From Thermoplasmata archaeon (GTDB lineage: Archaea; Thermoplasmatota; Thermoplasmata; RBG-16-68-12), in the NCBI GenBank assembly GCA_035557795.1, contig DATMDM010000037.1, forward strand, positions 1,408 to 65,407: a DNA stretch of 64,000 nt, read 5' to 3'. This document shows positions 44,181-55,934 of the stretch, in pieces (within the stretch, counting starts at the first letter, position 1; each line of letters opens with the position of its first letter). The translations under genes and the position numbers were made by a program. The notes under the pieces are model-generated. The model was not told the DNA's origin. It searched no databases and saw nothing but the letters and a program-made list of their open reading frames with translations.

Positions 44181-45671
44181 ATGGATTCCGCCGCTCATTC
44201 TAAGTCCTCCTCACACCACGGCGACGGATTTGTAGGCGTGATCTACGGCGATGTAGGCACGACGTCTTTCCGTTGCTCCGTCGTCGAGGCGGTCGAGCGC
44301 CACGAGTTCGTCCAGGTGGCCCACGAGACTTGCGGCGAGGTCCTCGGCCGCGTCGACGAAATCGAGCGGAAGACCGATCTGTCGCTCGACCGCGCCCAAT
44401 TGCTCGGGGACGGTGATCCGGTCGACGTCGAGGAGCGAGTCTCGGCCCAGGTCAGCGTGATCGGGTATCGTGACGATCGCGGTCTCCTGCAGGTCCCGCG
44501 CACCCCGTTTCGTGCGGGCGAGCCCGTCTACAAGGCCGAGACATCCACGATTCAGGAGGTAATCGGGCTGGAAGAGGACAAGAAACACGGTGCCTACGTC
44601 GGCCTCCTCGCCGGCCATAATGTGCCTGTCTACCTGGACATCAACGCGATGGTCCAGAAGCACGTGTCGATCCTGGCGAAAACCGGCGGCGGAAAGTCGT
44701 ACGTCGCCGGCGTCCTGATCGAGGAACTGATGAAGCACCACGTGACGTGCGTGATTCTCGATCCGCACGGGGAATACGCGTCGTTGCGGGAGAAAGGCAA
44801 GCACGCGGACGGGTCCTCTCGCTTTCACGTCGAACCCCGCGCGTACGCCGACATCATCCAAGTTTTCTCTCCGGACACGAAGATCAATCCCGGAAGTCGG
44901 CCGCTGAAGTTCACGCTGAGCAACCTCGATGCGAGGGACATCTTGTCGCTCACCGGCTCAGCGAAGGTTCGGACGCACCTGACTGCGCTTCGGAAAGCGC
45001 TCGACCTCCTCCGCCAAGCCACGAAGGACTACACGATCCGAGACATCATCCGCGTCCTCGAGCGCGAGGAGGACCCGCAGAACGCATCACTGATCGACGA
45101 GCTCGAATACCTGAGCGAGGTCGAGATCTTCGCGAAGGAAGGCACTCGCATCGACGAGCTCGTGATCAAGAGCAAGACGACGATCATCAACCTGAAGGGC
45201 GTTCCGCCGGACATCCAGGAACTCGTGGTCAATCGTCTCGCGACGGCAATGTTCGAGCTGCGAAAAGTCGGGCGGATCCCGCCGATGATGCTCGTCGTGG
45301 AGGAGTCCCACAACTTCTGTCCTCAGGTCGGCCAGGCGGCTTCTTCGAAGGTGTTCCGAACGCTCGCCTCCGAGGGTCGCAAGTTCGGTCTCGGACTCGT
45401 TGTGATCACACAGCGGGCCGCGAAGGTGGACAAGAACGTCCTCAGCCAGTGCAACACGCAGATCATCCTGAAGGTCACGAACCCGAACGATCTGAAAGCG
45501 ATCATCTCGAGCGTCGAAGGTCTCACGACCGCGATGGCCGAGGAAATCTCCCGCCTCCCGATTGGCGTGGCGATCATGACCGGCGGCGGCCTCCAGATGC
45601 CGCTTATGGTCGAGGTCCGGCCACGGGAAACGCGTCACGGCGGAGAGAGCGTCAAGGTCATCGAAGATTGA
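44181..45671 (+). CDS. HerA-like (DUF87, FtsK/HerA superfamily) P-loop ATPase
   Basis: Walker A AKTGGGKSY. Walker B LVVEESHNF. Arginine-finger region QRAAKVDKNVLSQCNTQIILK. 496 aa. Confidence 0.75.
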   Translation: MDSAAHSKSSSHHGDGFVGVIYGDVGTTSFRCSVVEAVERHEFVQVAHETCGEVLGRVDEIERKTDLSLDRAQLLGDGDPVDVEERVSAQVSVIGYRDDRGLLQVPRTPFRAGEPVYKAETSTIQEVIGLEEDKKHGAYVGLLAGHNVPVYLDINAMVQKHVSILAKTGGGKSYVAGVLIEELMKHHVTCVILDPHGEYASLREKGKHADGSSRFHVEPRAYADIIQVFSPDTKINPGSRPLKFTLSNLDARDILSLTGSAKVRTHLTALRKALDLLRQATKDYTIRDIIRVLEREEDPQNASLIDELEYLSEVEIFAKEGTRIDELVIKSKTTIINLKGVPPDIQELVVNRLATAMFELRKVGRIPPMMLVVEESHNFCPQVGQAASSKVFRTLASEGRKFGLGLVVITQRAAKVDKNVLSQCNTQIILKVTNPNDLKAIISSVEGLTTAMAEEISRLPIGVAIMTGGGLQMPLMVEVRPRETRHGGESVKVIED

Positions 45672-45730
45672 CCGGCGCAGGCGGAGACACGGCTCGGGAA
45701 AGGTTTTAGCGCTGCACTCGATGGACGAGC

Positions 45731-46015
45731 GTGGATCTTCGCGCGCTGGTCGACAGAGATGTTGCCCTGACGGAAACGGCCCTCGCACGGGTCAAGCTGG
45801 CGCCGCCTCCTCGCTCCCACTTAAGGAAGGTTGCGGAAGACTTCCTTGGAATGGCCCGCGCCTACTTCGAGGACGCGAGGCATTTCCGCGAGCGAGGCGA
45901 ACTCGAGAAAGCCCTCGCCAACGTAAATTACGCGCACGGGTGGCTCGACGCGGGCGCACGAATCGGACTCTTCGATGTCGGCGGGGATGACCAGCTCTTC
46001 ACCCTGAGCGAGTAA
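45731..46015 (+). CDS. Small conserved archaeal helical protein (DUF357-like), hypothetical
   Basis: 94 aa. LRKVAEDFLGMARAYFEDARHF.ERGELEKALANVNYAHGWLDAGARIGLFDV. Immediately downstream of the HerA-like ATPase. Confidence 0.45.
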   Translation: MDLRALVDRDVALTETALARVKLAPPPRSHLRKVAEDFLGMARAYFEDARHFRERGELEKALANVNYAHGWLDAGARIGLFDVGGDDQLFTLSE

Positions 46016-46888
46016 TCAGAGCACACGGGCGCCTTCGTTGTCGACCCCACACCGCTGCAGGGTCCCAAACTTCAGATACAGCGTGGCGAGTTGCTCGCGG
46101 TTCCCGGTCGCGACCACGGAATTCCCGAGCATGGCCATCATCGCCCTCCCGAACATTCGGCTGGCCCGAATCACTTCGAGGACCCGTTTGTCCGCGAGGC
46201 CCGTTCCTTCGGCGAAGCGAGCCCCGAGTTCAAAGAGTCGCTCCAGCGTGGGATCCCGAGAAAACTCGTCCACGAGCGCGCCGCCGATCCGGTTGATCGC
46301 CGCAACCTTCTTCGGATCCCGAAGGACGGCTTTCGTCGGCATTTCCGCGCCGATTACAGCGAGCATGAGGTCCGCTTCGACCGGGAACTTTCGCACCTCC
46401 GCATGGCCCGGCGCGCCCGGTTTGAGTCGCAGGTCCATTCCGCCCATCGACGCCGGGACAACGTCGCCGAGACCCGTGCCGCACTCGACCTCCGTCTCGT
46501 GGGCGATGGCGACCAGTTCGTCTCGAGGGATCTTCGCTCCGAGTGCATCGTCAAGGGCGAGCGCCGTGCTCAGGGCCGCGGCCGCACTCACGCCGAACCC
46601 CTGAGAGACCGGCAAGCTCGTCTCGCTCAGGATTTTCACCTCGCAGGGTCGGGCGCCGATGACCTTCTGCGCGACGCGCTGGGTGACTTCCGCCTTCTGA
46701 TGTCGTCCGTTCACAATGATGTCGATCGCCGGGCGCGCGTCGTCTCGAACCCTCGCGACCGTCCGGACGCCGAGGCTCAGGCACAGTCCGGCGCCGCGCG
46801 AGCCTTTCTTTCGGGGATCCGGATCCTCATGGACCTCGAAGAACGCGGTCACGTGCCCGGGGCAAAAGGCCTCACCCTCGGACACCAT
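46016..46888 (-). CDS. GHMP-family kinase, probably pantoate kinase (archaeal CoA pathway)
   Basis: GHMP motif GFGVSAAAALSTALAL. 290 aa. Overlaps and is co-directional with coaBC. Confidence 0.6.
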   Translation of the reverse strand: MVSEGEAFCPGHVTAFFEVHEDPDPRKKGSRGAGLCLSLGVRTVARVRDDARPAIDIIVNGRHQKAEVTQRVAQKVIGARPCEVKILSETSLPVSQGFGVSAAAALSTALALDDALGAKIPRDELVAIAHETEVECGTGLGDVVPASMGGMDLRLKPGAPGHAEVRKFPVEADLMLAVIGAEMPTKAVLRDPKKVAAINRIGGALVDEFSRDPTLERLFELGARFAEGTGLADKRVLEVIRASRMFGRAMMAMLGNSVVATGNREQLATLYLKFGTLQRCGVDNEGARVL

Positions 46889-48095
46889 GGAGGATTGCCC
46901 GCCACACCCGCTCCGCCGCGAGCGCCTTCGACCCCTCGAACGTCTCGGAGCGACCCTTGCGGTCGAAGATCGTGATGGACGTCGTATCCCCCTTGACCTT
47001 TGAGATGTCGTTCGCCACGACGAAGTCGACGTCCGCCTCTTTCACAAGGGCCATCGCGCGCGCCTTCAGCTCCGTCTCGCTGACACCGGCTTCCGCCTTG
47101 AAGCCTACGAGGGCCTTCTTCGCGCCCTTGCGAAACCGATTGAGGACCTTGGGCGTCGGTTGCAGGTCCAGGCTCACGACACCATCGCGGCTAGGGATTT
47201 TGCCGGACTGTTTCTTCGCGGGCGTGAAATCTGAGACCGCCGCGGGGACGACGCAGACGTCCGCATCCGCCTTCTCGGCCATCGACAAGAGATCTGCCGT
47301 CGTCTCGAAGGCCTTGAACGGGAGCCAGGGCGGGACCGGCGTCTCGTGCCGCCCGAGCCAGAGCTCCACGTTGGCCCCGTGCTCGAAGGCGACCTTGGCG
47401 AGTTCGATCCCCGTCCCGCCCGTTGAGCGATTCGTCACGACACGCACGTCGTCGATCGGCTCGACCGTCGAGCCGGCCACGACCAACACGCGCATGTCGA
47501 CGAGGTCCTTCGGTCCAAGTCGGCGGATGACATGGGCCACAATCGTCTCGACGTCCGCCATCTTGGCCTTCTCTTCCTCGCGTTTCGGTTCGACGAGTTC
47601 GACGCGGAGTTCCTGGAGGCGCCGGACGTTCGCCGCCACGGCCGGGTTGTCCATCATCGATTCGTGGGCCGCGGGGGCGACGAGGATCGGGATGCCGGAA
47701 CCGAGTGCGTTCGCCGCATACGTCGTGACGGTGGAATCGTCGATCCCCTGCGCGATCTTGCTGATCGTGTTCGAGGTGCACGGCGCGATCAGGAGGAGGT
47801 CCGCCTTCCCGTCGCGGCCGCACATCTGGAGATACTCCATCGTGCCCGTGATCTGCGTGACCACGGGGTTGCCGGTCGCATATTCGAGCGCGTTCGGATG
47901 GAGAATTTCCGTCGCGGACCGCGTGAACACTGCGTGGACCTCGGCTCCGTGCCGAATGAGCTCGTGGGCCAATTTCACGCACTCGACCGCGGCGATGCTC
48001 CCCGTGACCCCGAGCACGATGGTCTTGCCTTGGAGCTTGATGCTCCTGAGCCCTCGGAGCCGGTCGGCCGGATGCATTCCGCTGACGATTGCCAT
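46872..48095 (-). CDS. coaBC: Bifunctional phosphopantothenoylcysteine decarboxylase / phosphopantothenate-cysteine ligase. Start is M20 (48095) or M26 (48077).
   Basis: Flavoprotein domain IVLGVTGSIAAVECVKL. C-terminal ligase domain VTNRSTGGTG..., ANDIS. A TATA at 48099-48109 would make an M26 start leaderless. Confidence 0.85.
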   Translation of the reverse strand: MAIVSGMHPADRLRGLRSIKLQGKTIVLGVTGSIAAVECVKLAHELIRHGAEVHAVFTRSATEILHPNALEYATGNPVVTQITGTMEYLQMCGRDGKADLLLIAPCTSNTISKIAQGIDDSTVTTYAANALGSGIPILVAPAAHESMMDNPAVAANVRRLQELRVELVEPKREEEKAKMADVETIVAHVIRRLGPKDLVDMRVLVVAGSTVEPIDDVRVVTNRSTGGTGIELAKVAFEHGANVELWLGRHETPVPPWLPFKAFETTADLLSMAEKADADVCVVPAAVSDFTPAKKQSGKIPSRDGVVSLDLQPTPKVLNRFRKGAKKALVGFKAEAGVSETELKARAMALVKEADVDFVVANDISKVKGDTTSITIFDRKGRSETFEGSKALAAERVWRAILHGVRG

Positions 48096-48098
48096 ACG

Positions 48099-48109
48099 CG
48101 ATATATAGC
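48099..48109 (-). promoter_or_regulatory. TATA element (GCTATATATCG on the minus strand) in the divergent coaBC/folC intergenic region
   Basis: cgatatatagc seen at 48099-48109. A second TATA-like sequence, cctttaatcc (48160-48169, + strand), lies about 30 nt upstream of the folC ATG. Confidence 0.35.
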
Positions 48110-48197
48110 TGTGGCCCCCCGGCGTCGCGGGAATGCGATCAACAGCGCTCACCGAACAACCTTTAATCCGCGACGCCCGTTAGCTCGGGCCGCTTCG

Positions 48198-49484
48198 ATG
48201 GACTATCAGACGACGCTGGAGCATCTCTACCGTTTGGAGCGGTTCGGGATCAAGCTCGGCCTGGAGAACATCCGGCGGCTCCTATCGCTTCTCGGCGACC
48301 CGCAGCGCGGCCTGAAGGTGCTCCACGTCACCGGCACGAACGGGAAGGGGTCCGTGTGCGCCTATGCCGCGTCTGTCCTGCGGGCCGCGGGATACCGCGT
48401 CGGGTTGTACACCTCCCCGCATCTCGTCCGGTTCAACGAGCGGATTCGCGTCGACGGCGAACCGATCGCCGATGACGATGTACTGCGCCTGTGGTCCGGC
48501 ATGCAGCCTGCGATTCAGAGGATGACGTCCACGCGGGCGATCGACCATCCGACGTTTTTCGAGGTCACGACCGCGATGGCCTTCGAGTATTTCCGGGAGA
48601 AGAAGGTCGACCTCGCGGTCGTCGAGGTCGGGATGGGCGGTCGGATGGACGCGACGAACGTGGTGGACGGCCTCGTGTCCGTCATCACACGGGTGGACCT
48701 GGAGCACACGGAGCACCTCGGCAAGACGGTGGAGCGGATCGCCCGCGAGAAAGCGGGGATCATCAAGCCCACGTCGCGGGTCGTGACGGTCGACCAAGAG
48801 GCTCTCCCGGTCATCGAGGCGAGATGTCGCCAGCTCCACGTGCCCCTGTCGGTCCTCGGACGGGATGTCCACGCGGAGCGCATTGCCGGCGACCTCCGCG
48901 GTCAGGCCGTCGTTGTCCGCGGGTCCTTCGGATCTGTCGAGGTTCAGACGCCGTTACTCGGCTCGTTCCAGGTGGAGAATCTCGGGATCGCCGTGGCCGC
49001 CCTTGAGGAGATTCGCTCGGACGGGCTCACGATTCCGGACGAGGCGATCCGGTCTGGGATTGCCTCCGTTCGATGGCCGGCGCGAATGGAGATTGTCCGT
49101 ACGTCCCCTCTCATCGTCGTCGATGGAGCCCACAACCGCCCCGCAGCCGAAGCCCTCGGAGCGTCGATGGCCGAGACGTTCCCCGGTCGCAAGGCTCTCC
49201 TCGTCACGGGCATCTTGAACGACAAGGACCTGCCGGGCATGGCCGCCGCGTTAGGGCCGATGGCCCGCCGCGTCTTCGCCTGTCGACCCAAGACCCCCCG
49301 CGCATACGACGCGGAGGATGTCGCGGCAGCCTTCCGCCCGTATGCCGATTCCAGCGTCGTCGGCCCAGTCCGCGAGGCGATCGATGCCGCGATCGGAGCG
49401 GCAAGGCCGGACGACCTCATCCTGATCACGGGCTCGATCTACACCGCGGGGGAGGCCCTTGACCATCTCGGCGTCCGCCCGTGA
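48198..49484 (+). CDS. folC: Folylpolyglutamate synthase / dihydrofolate synthase (Mur-ligase family)
   Basis: P-loop HVTGTNGKGS. Mur ligase middle and C domains (DGAHN). First ATG of the real frame, inside the track ORF 47532..49484. Confidence 0.8.
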   Translation: MDYQTTLEHLYRLERFGIKLGLENIRRLLSLLGDPQRGLKVLHVTGTNGKGSVCAYAASVLRAAGYRVGLYTSPHLVRFNERIRVDGEPIADDDVLRLWSGMQPAIQRMTSTRAIDHPTFFEVTTAMAFEYFREKKVDLAVVEVGMGGRMDATNVVDGLVSVITRVDLEHTEHLGKTVERIAREKAGIIKPTSRVVTVDQEALPVIEARCRQLHVPLSVLGRDVHAERIAGDLRGQAVVVRGSFGSVEVQTPLLGSFQVENLGIAVAALEEIRSDGLTIPDEAIRSGIASVRWPARMEIVRTSPLIVVDGAHNRPAAEALGASMAETFPGRKALLVTGILNDKDLPGMAAALGPMARRVFACRPKTPRAYDAEDVAAAFRPYADSSVVGPVREAIDAAIGAARPDDLILITGSIYTAGEALDHLGVRP

Positions 49485-49500
49485 CCGAATCGCGTTCATC

Positions 49501-50184
49501 GTGCGCGATCTCTCCCGCCGGTACCTGCCGGAGGGGGATCTGCGCGCGGGAGAGACGGCCCTGGCGAAGATCGTCGCGGAGACGGAAGATCCGTTCAAAG
49601 TCCTGATCTCGACGATTCTGTCCCAGCGGACCCGCGACGAAATGACCGAGGTCGCCTCGAGGCAGCTCTTCTCCAAGTACGACACCCCGGCGGAACTTGC
49701 CGCGGCGGACGCCGGCGACGTGGAGCGGCTCATCAAGCCTGTCGGGTTCTACCACCAGAAGGCCGTCCAGATCGTGAAGGTGAGCCAGACCCTCCTCGAC
49801 CGCCACGCCGGCTCGGTGCCGCGGACCTATGAGGAGCTGATCGAACTCCCCCAAGTCGGCCCGAAGACGGCCAACTGCGTCCTCGTCTACGGATTCGGCG
49901 TACCGCGCATCCCGACGGACACCCACGTCCATCGGGTCAGCAATCGTCTCGGCCTCGTCCGGGCGAAGACTCCCGAGGCGACCGAACGGCGACTCATGCG
50001 GACGGTGCCGAAGGAGTACTGGCTCCACATCAACGAGTTGTTCATCCGATTCGGGAAAGATCTCTGCCGACCGATTGGTCCTCGGTGCCCGCAGTGCTCG
50101 TTCACCTCGTTCTGCCGTTTCTATCCGAGGACGAAGTGGTCACAAGAAGCCCGGCGCCGGAGTCGAAAGGCCGCGAGACGCTGA
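49501..50184 (+). CDS. nth: Endonuclease III (HhH-GPD glycosylase with 4Fe-4S cluster)
   Basis: HhH LPQVGPKTANCVL. Catalytic K..D. Cluster C-x6-C-x2-C-x5-C (CRPIGPRCPQCSFTSFC). GTG 49501 is chosen. The TTG at 49459 would overlap folC by 26 nt. Confidence 0.85.
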   Translation: MRDLSRRYLPEGDLRAGETALAKIVAETEDPFKVLISTILSQRTRDEMTEVASRQLFSKYDTPAELAAADAGDVERLIKPVGFYHQKAVQIVKVSQTLLDRHAGSVPRTYEELIELPQVGPKTANCVLVYGFGVPRIPTDTHVHRVSNRLGLVRAKTPEATERRLMRTVPKEYWLHINELFIRFGKDLCRPIGPRCPQCSFTSFCRFYPRTKWSQEARRRSRKAARR

Positions 50185-50228
50185 GCCTGACTCTACTTTG
50201 ATATCGTTGCGCGTGAGTGTCGGTTCCA

Positions 50229-51281
50229 ATGCGAATCGACTTCCTCGAGTACGCGGCGATGGACCTCCCTCGAAAGGAGCCCTTCACGATCGCGAGAGGG
50301 TCTTCGACCGTGGCCCAGAACGTGATGGTCGTCGTGCATTCCGGTTCACTTTCGGGCAACGGGAGCGGGGCTCCGACGGATGTGACCGGAGAGACGGTCC
50401 GGTCTGCGATGGACGCGATCAAGACGATGGCGCGGGCCTTGGAAGGGTTCACGTTCGAGCGGCCACGCGAGGTGGCCGACAAGATGGACAAGGTCCTCCT
50501 TGGCAACCCGTCGGTCAAGGCCGCGATTGACATCGCGGTGCACGACCTCGCCGCGCAACACGCGGGCGTCCCACTGCATCGCTACCTTGGCGCGACCCGG
50601 GATCGAATGCTCACGGACATGACGATCGGAATCATGGACACTCGAAGCGCGGTCGAGCGAGCCCAGCGGTGGGCCCAGGCCGGATTCCGTGCGCTAAAGG
50701 TGAAAATCGGCCGAGACCCGAAAGCAGATTTGGATCGGCTGCGCTCGATCCGAGGGGCTGTCGGTCCCCGGATCGAGCTGCGGATCGACGGGAACCAAGG
50801 GTACACCTGGAGTCAGGCACTCAGCTTTTCCCGGGCGGCGAAAGACCTGAATATCTCGATATTCGAGCAACCGGTGGCCACCACGGACGTTGAGGGAATG
50901 CGCGTCCTGACGGAATCCTCGCCAATTCCGATCATGGCAGACGAGATGGTCCTCACACCGGACGACGCGAAGAAGGTCCGGTGGGCGAACGCCGCGAAGG
51001 CCGTGAACCTGAAGCTCATGAAACATGGCGGGGTATGCCGCGCGATCGACGTGAATACGATTTGTGAATCCGCCGGCTACCCGACGATGGTCGGTTGCAT
51101 GGGGGAACCCCAAATCTCGATCGCCGCCGCGCTCGCCTTCGCCCTCAGCCAGAAGAACGTCCGGTGGCTCGACTTGGATTCGCACTTCAACCTCGCCGAG
51201 GATCCGTCATCGGGCCTGGGGTTCGAGAACGGGGAGCTCGTCGCCCCCGACCGACCCGGACTCGGTATTGCGTTGTCTTGA
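50229..51281 (+). CDS. Enolase-superfamily enzyme (MR/MLE family, dipeptide-epimerase-like)
   Basis: KVKIG (Lys), DGNQGY (Asp), E and D metal ligands (IFEQP.., MADE). 350 aa. Confidence 0.7.
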   Translation: MRIDFLEYAAMDLPRKEPFTIARGSSTVAQNVMVVVHSGSLSGNGSGAPTDVTGETVRSAMDAIKTMARALEGFTFERPREVADKMDKVLLGNPSVKAAIDIAVHDLAAQHAGVPLHRYLGATRDRMLTDMTIGIMDTRSAVERAQRWAQAGFRALKVKIGRDPKADLDRLRSIRGAVGPRIELRIDGNQGYTWSQALSFSRAAKDLNISIFEQPVATTDVEGMRVLTESSPIPIMADEMVLTPDDAKKVRWANAAKAVNLKLMKHGGVCRAIDVNTICESAGYPTMVGCMGEPQISIAAALAFALSQKNVRWLDLDSHFNLAEDPSSGLGFENGELVAPDRPGLGIALS

Positions 51282-51287
51282 CGCATC

Positions 51288-53783
51288 CTATGGCTCGACC
51301 GGCGGTTCCACGTTCAGGGCGCGGTCCTGTTCCTCTTCCTCAATCACGCGAGCGACCGCGACCACCTCGTCGCCGTCGCCTAGACGCTGGAGCCTCACGC
51401 CGCGAGCCGCGCGGCCCTTCACGCTGATGTCCGCAACGGCGCAACGAATCACGACCCCTGCTTTCGTCGTCACGAGGAGATGCTCTTCCGGTTGGACGAC
51501 CTTCACCGCGACGACGCGGCCTTTCGCGTACTTTGCGCTCGTCGTGCGTACTCCTTTCGATCCCCGACGGGTCTTCCGGTACTCGGAGGTCGTCGTGCGC
51601 TTTCCGTATCCGCTCGAGAGGACCGTCAATAATTCGGCTTCCGAATTGGTCGACAGGGCCATCGACACGACCTCGTCTCCCGTCCGGACACGCATCCCCG
51701 CGACACCCGCCGCGGGTCGCCCCATCGGACGGACTTCGTCAATCGGGAAGCGATTTGCGTACCCGCCGGCGGAGGCGAGGATGACCTCCTCGTTGCCCCT
51801 GGCGATCTGGACGTCGATCAACTCGTCTCCCTCATTGAGCTTGATTGCGCGGATCCCGCTTTCCCGGATGTTCTGGAATTCCACGAAGCCGGTTCGTTTG
51901 ATTCGACCCCGTTTCGTCACGAAGAGGAGGAATCGGTCCTGGGGGAAATCTCGAGTCGGAATCATCGCCTCGACTTTCTCATCCGAATCGAGGCGCTCCA
52001 AGAGGTTGACAACGGGCTTCCCTCGTGCATATCTCCCGGCGGCGGGCAGCTTGAAGGCCTTTCGCTTGAACACCTTCCCTTTCGACGAGAAGAAGAGGAT
52101 GAAATCGTGAGTTGAAGCGACGAAGAGGTCCACGACGTAGTCTTCCTCCTTGGTGTCCATCCCCGTGACCCCCTTTCCGCCTCGACGTTGTTTCCGGTAC
52201 ACGCTGACGGGCAGCCGTTTGATGTATCCCGTGTTCGTGATGGTCACGACGTTGTCTTCTTCGGGGATGAGGTCCTCGATCTGCATGTCGTAGGCTTGGA
52301 GCTCGACGGTCGTCCGGCGGCCATCGCCGAACTTCTCCTTGATTTCGCGGAACTCGGCTTTCAAGATGTCGAGGACCCGCTCTCGGGACGCCAGGATCGA
52401 TTCCAGATTCTCGATCTTGTGGTTCAAGTCGGTCTTCTCCTGGCGGAGCTTTTCGATCTCGAGTCCGGTGAGCTGGCGCAACGTCATGGCGAGGATAGCT
52501 TTTGCCTGATTCTCACTCAGGAGATATCGATTCATCAGGCCCGCTTGCGCCTCATCCGCGTCCCGCGCGCGCCGGATGAGCCGAATCACGTCGTCGAGGT
52601 GGTCGACGGCGGTGATGAGGCCCTCCACGATGTGAAGGCGCTCCCGCGCCTTTTTCAGGTCAAACTCCGTGCGGCGCCGCACGATGCTGACCCGGTGGTC
52701 GATGAACGCCTGCATCGAATCCTTGAGCGGCAGAACCCGCGGTTGTCCATCGAGCAGGGCGAGGTTGATCACGCCGAACGTTGTCTCCATTTGCGTGTGG
52801 TGGTAGAGCTGGTTGAGGACCACGTCCTCGACGGCGTCGCGCTTCAACTCCAAGACGATGCGCATGCCATCTCGGTCGCTCTCGTCCCGAAGGTCCGTGA
52901 CGCCCTCGATCTTTTTCGACTTGACGAGCAAGGCAATCGATTCGACAAGGGACGCCTTGCTGACCATGTACGGGATTTCCGTAATGACGATCCGCGCGCG
53001 GTCGTGGCCCGCCTCCTCGAACTTCGCCTTCGCACGAATCCGGATCAGCCCACGCCCAGTCCGGTACGCATCCGCGACCCCATCCGCGCCGTATAGGATA
53101 CCGCCCGTGGGAAAGTCCGGGCCACGAACGGGACCCGTCTCTGGGTTGTACAGGTCGATCAACTCGGCCTGAGGGTTGTCGATTAAGACGATCAGGGCGT
53201 CGACGATCTCGCCGAGGTTGTGAGGCGGGATGTTCGTCGCCATTCCGACTGCGATGCCGCTGGAACCATTGACGAGGAGATTCGGGAACTTTGAAGGAAG
53301 GACGAGAGGCTCCTTCAGCGTCCCGTCGAAGTTGTCCATCCAGTCGACCGTGTCCTTCTCGAGGTCCTCGAGCATCGCCTCGGCGGTCTTCGCGAGACGG
53401 CACTCCGTATAACGCATCGCGGCGGGCTCGTCCTCGGTACTCCCCCAGTTTCCCTGCCCGTCGATGAGCGGATAGCGCAACGAAAAGTCTTGGACCATCC
53501 GAGCGAGGGCGTCGTAGACCGAGAGGTCTCCATGCGGATGCCATTTTCCGAGAGTTTCCCCGACCACCCGGGCCGCTTTCTTGTGTGCAGATCCCGAGCT
53601 CATCCCGAGCTCGTTCATCGCGTGTAGAATGCGCCGCTGGACGGGCTTCAGCCCATCGCGGACATCGGGCAGCGCCCGCCCGACAATCACGCTCATCGCG
53701 TAATCGATGTAGGAGCGGTGCAGCTCGTCCTCGATTGGCTGCGGCGAAACGCGTGGACGGGACTCCTGGGCTTCTTCCGGCAT
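51288..53783 (-). CDS. gyrA: DNA gyrase subunit A
   Basis: [38 protein letters not shown]. Active-site Tyr region (AAMRYTE). C-terminal beta-pinwheel repeats. Confidence 0.95.
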   Translation of the reverse strand: MPEEAQESRPRVSPQPIEDELHRSYIDYAMSVIVGRALPDVRDGLKPVQRRILHAMNELGMSSGSAHKKAARVVGETLGKWHPHGDLSVYDALARMVQDFSLRYPLIDGQGNWGSTEDEPAAMRYTECRLAKTAEAMLEDLEKDTVDWMDNFDGTLKEPLVLPSKFPNLLVNGSSGIAVGMATNIPPHNLGEIVDALIVLIDNPQAELIDLYNPETGPVRGPDFPTGGILYGADGVADAYRTGRGLIRIRAKAKFEEAGHDRARIVITEIPYMVSKASLVESIALLVKSKKIEGVTDLRDESDRDGMRIVLELKRDAVEDVVLNQLYHHTQMETTFGVINLALLDGQPRVLPLKDSMQAFIDHRVSIVRRRTEFDLKKARERLHIVEGLITAVDHLDDVIRLIRRARDADEAQAGLMNRYLLSENQAKAILAMTLRQLTGLEIEKLRQEKTDLNHKIENLESILASRERVLDILKAEFREIKEKFGDGRRTTVELQAYDMQIEDLIPEEDNVVTITNTGYIKRLPVSVYRKQRRGGKGVTGMDTKEEDYVVDLFVASTHDFILFFSSKGKVFKRKAFKLPAAGRYARGKPVVNLLERLDSDEKVEAMIPTRDFPQDRFLLFVTKRGRIKRTGFVEFQNIRESGIRAIKLNEGDELIDVQIARGNEEVILASAGGYANRFPIDEVRPMGRPAAGVAGMRVRTGDEVVSMALSTNSEAELLTVLSSGYGKRTTTSEYRKTRRGSKGVRTTSAKYAKGRVVAVKVVQPEEHLLVTTKAGVVIRCAVADISVKGRAARGVRLQRLGDGDEVVAVARVIEEEEQDRALNVEPPVEP

Positions 53784-53790
53784 GATCCTC

Positions 53791-55689
<1,899 letters not shown>

Positions 55690-55769
55690 CTATTTCGTAA
55701 CCTCTCAGAGCGCGTTCCGGTGCCCTCTCGCAGCCCATCCCGAAGGACGGTTCAAGTATGCGGAGGGCA

Positions 55770-55777
55770 TTTATAAA
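55770..55777 (-). promoter_or_regulatory. Palindromic TATA element (TTTATAAA) upstream of gyrB
   Basis: Seen at 55770-55777. A second TTTAAATA lies at 55844-55851. Assignment to gyrB is inferred, giving a 5' UTR of about 55 nt. Confidence 0.3.
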
Positions 55778-55797
55778 CGTTCGGAGGCGGGTTTCTA

Positions 55798-55827
55798 TGG
55801 AGAAAACAGACCTCCGCGGGCGAGGTC
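55798..55827 (-). terminator. Hairpin plus T-tract downstream of cysS (intrinsic-terminator-like)
   Basis: Minus strand reads GACCTCGCCCGCGGAGGTC then TGTTTTCT. 6-bp GC-rich stem and 7-nt loop. Confidence 0.35.
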
Positions 55828-55934
55828 TCTTCGGGGTCGGTTCTTTAAATACTGTAGCACGGTCAATTTGACCCCTTATTCTCGATTCGCAGAACATCGG
55901 ATGGATGGGTCGAAATCTGACAAAGGGGGGAGGC

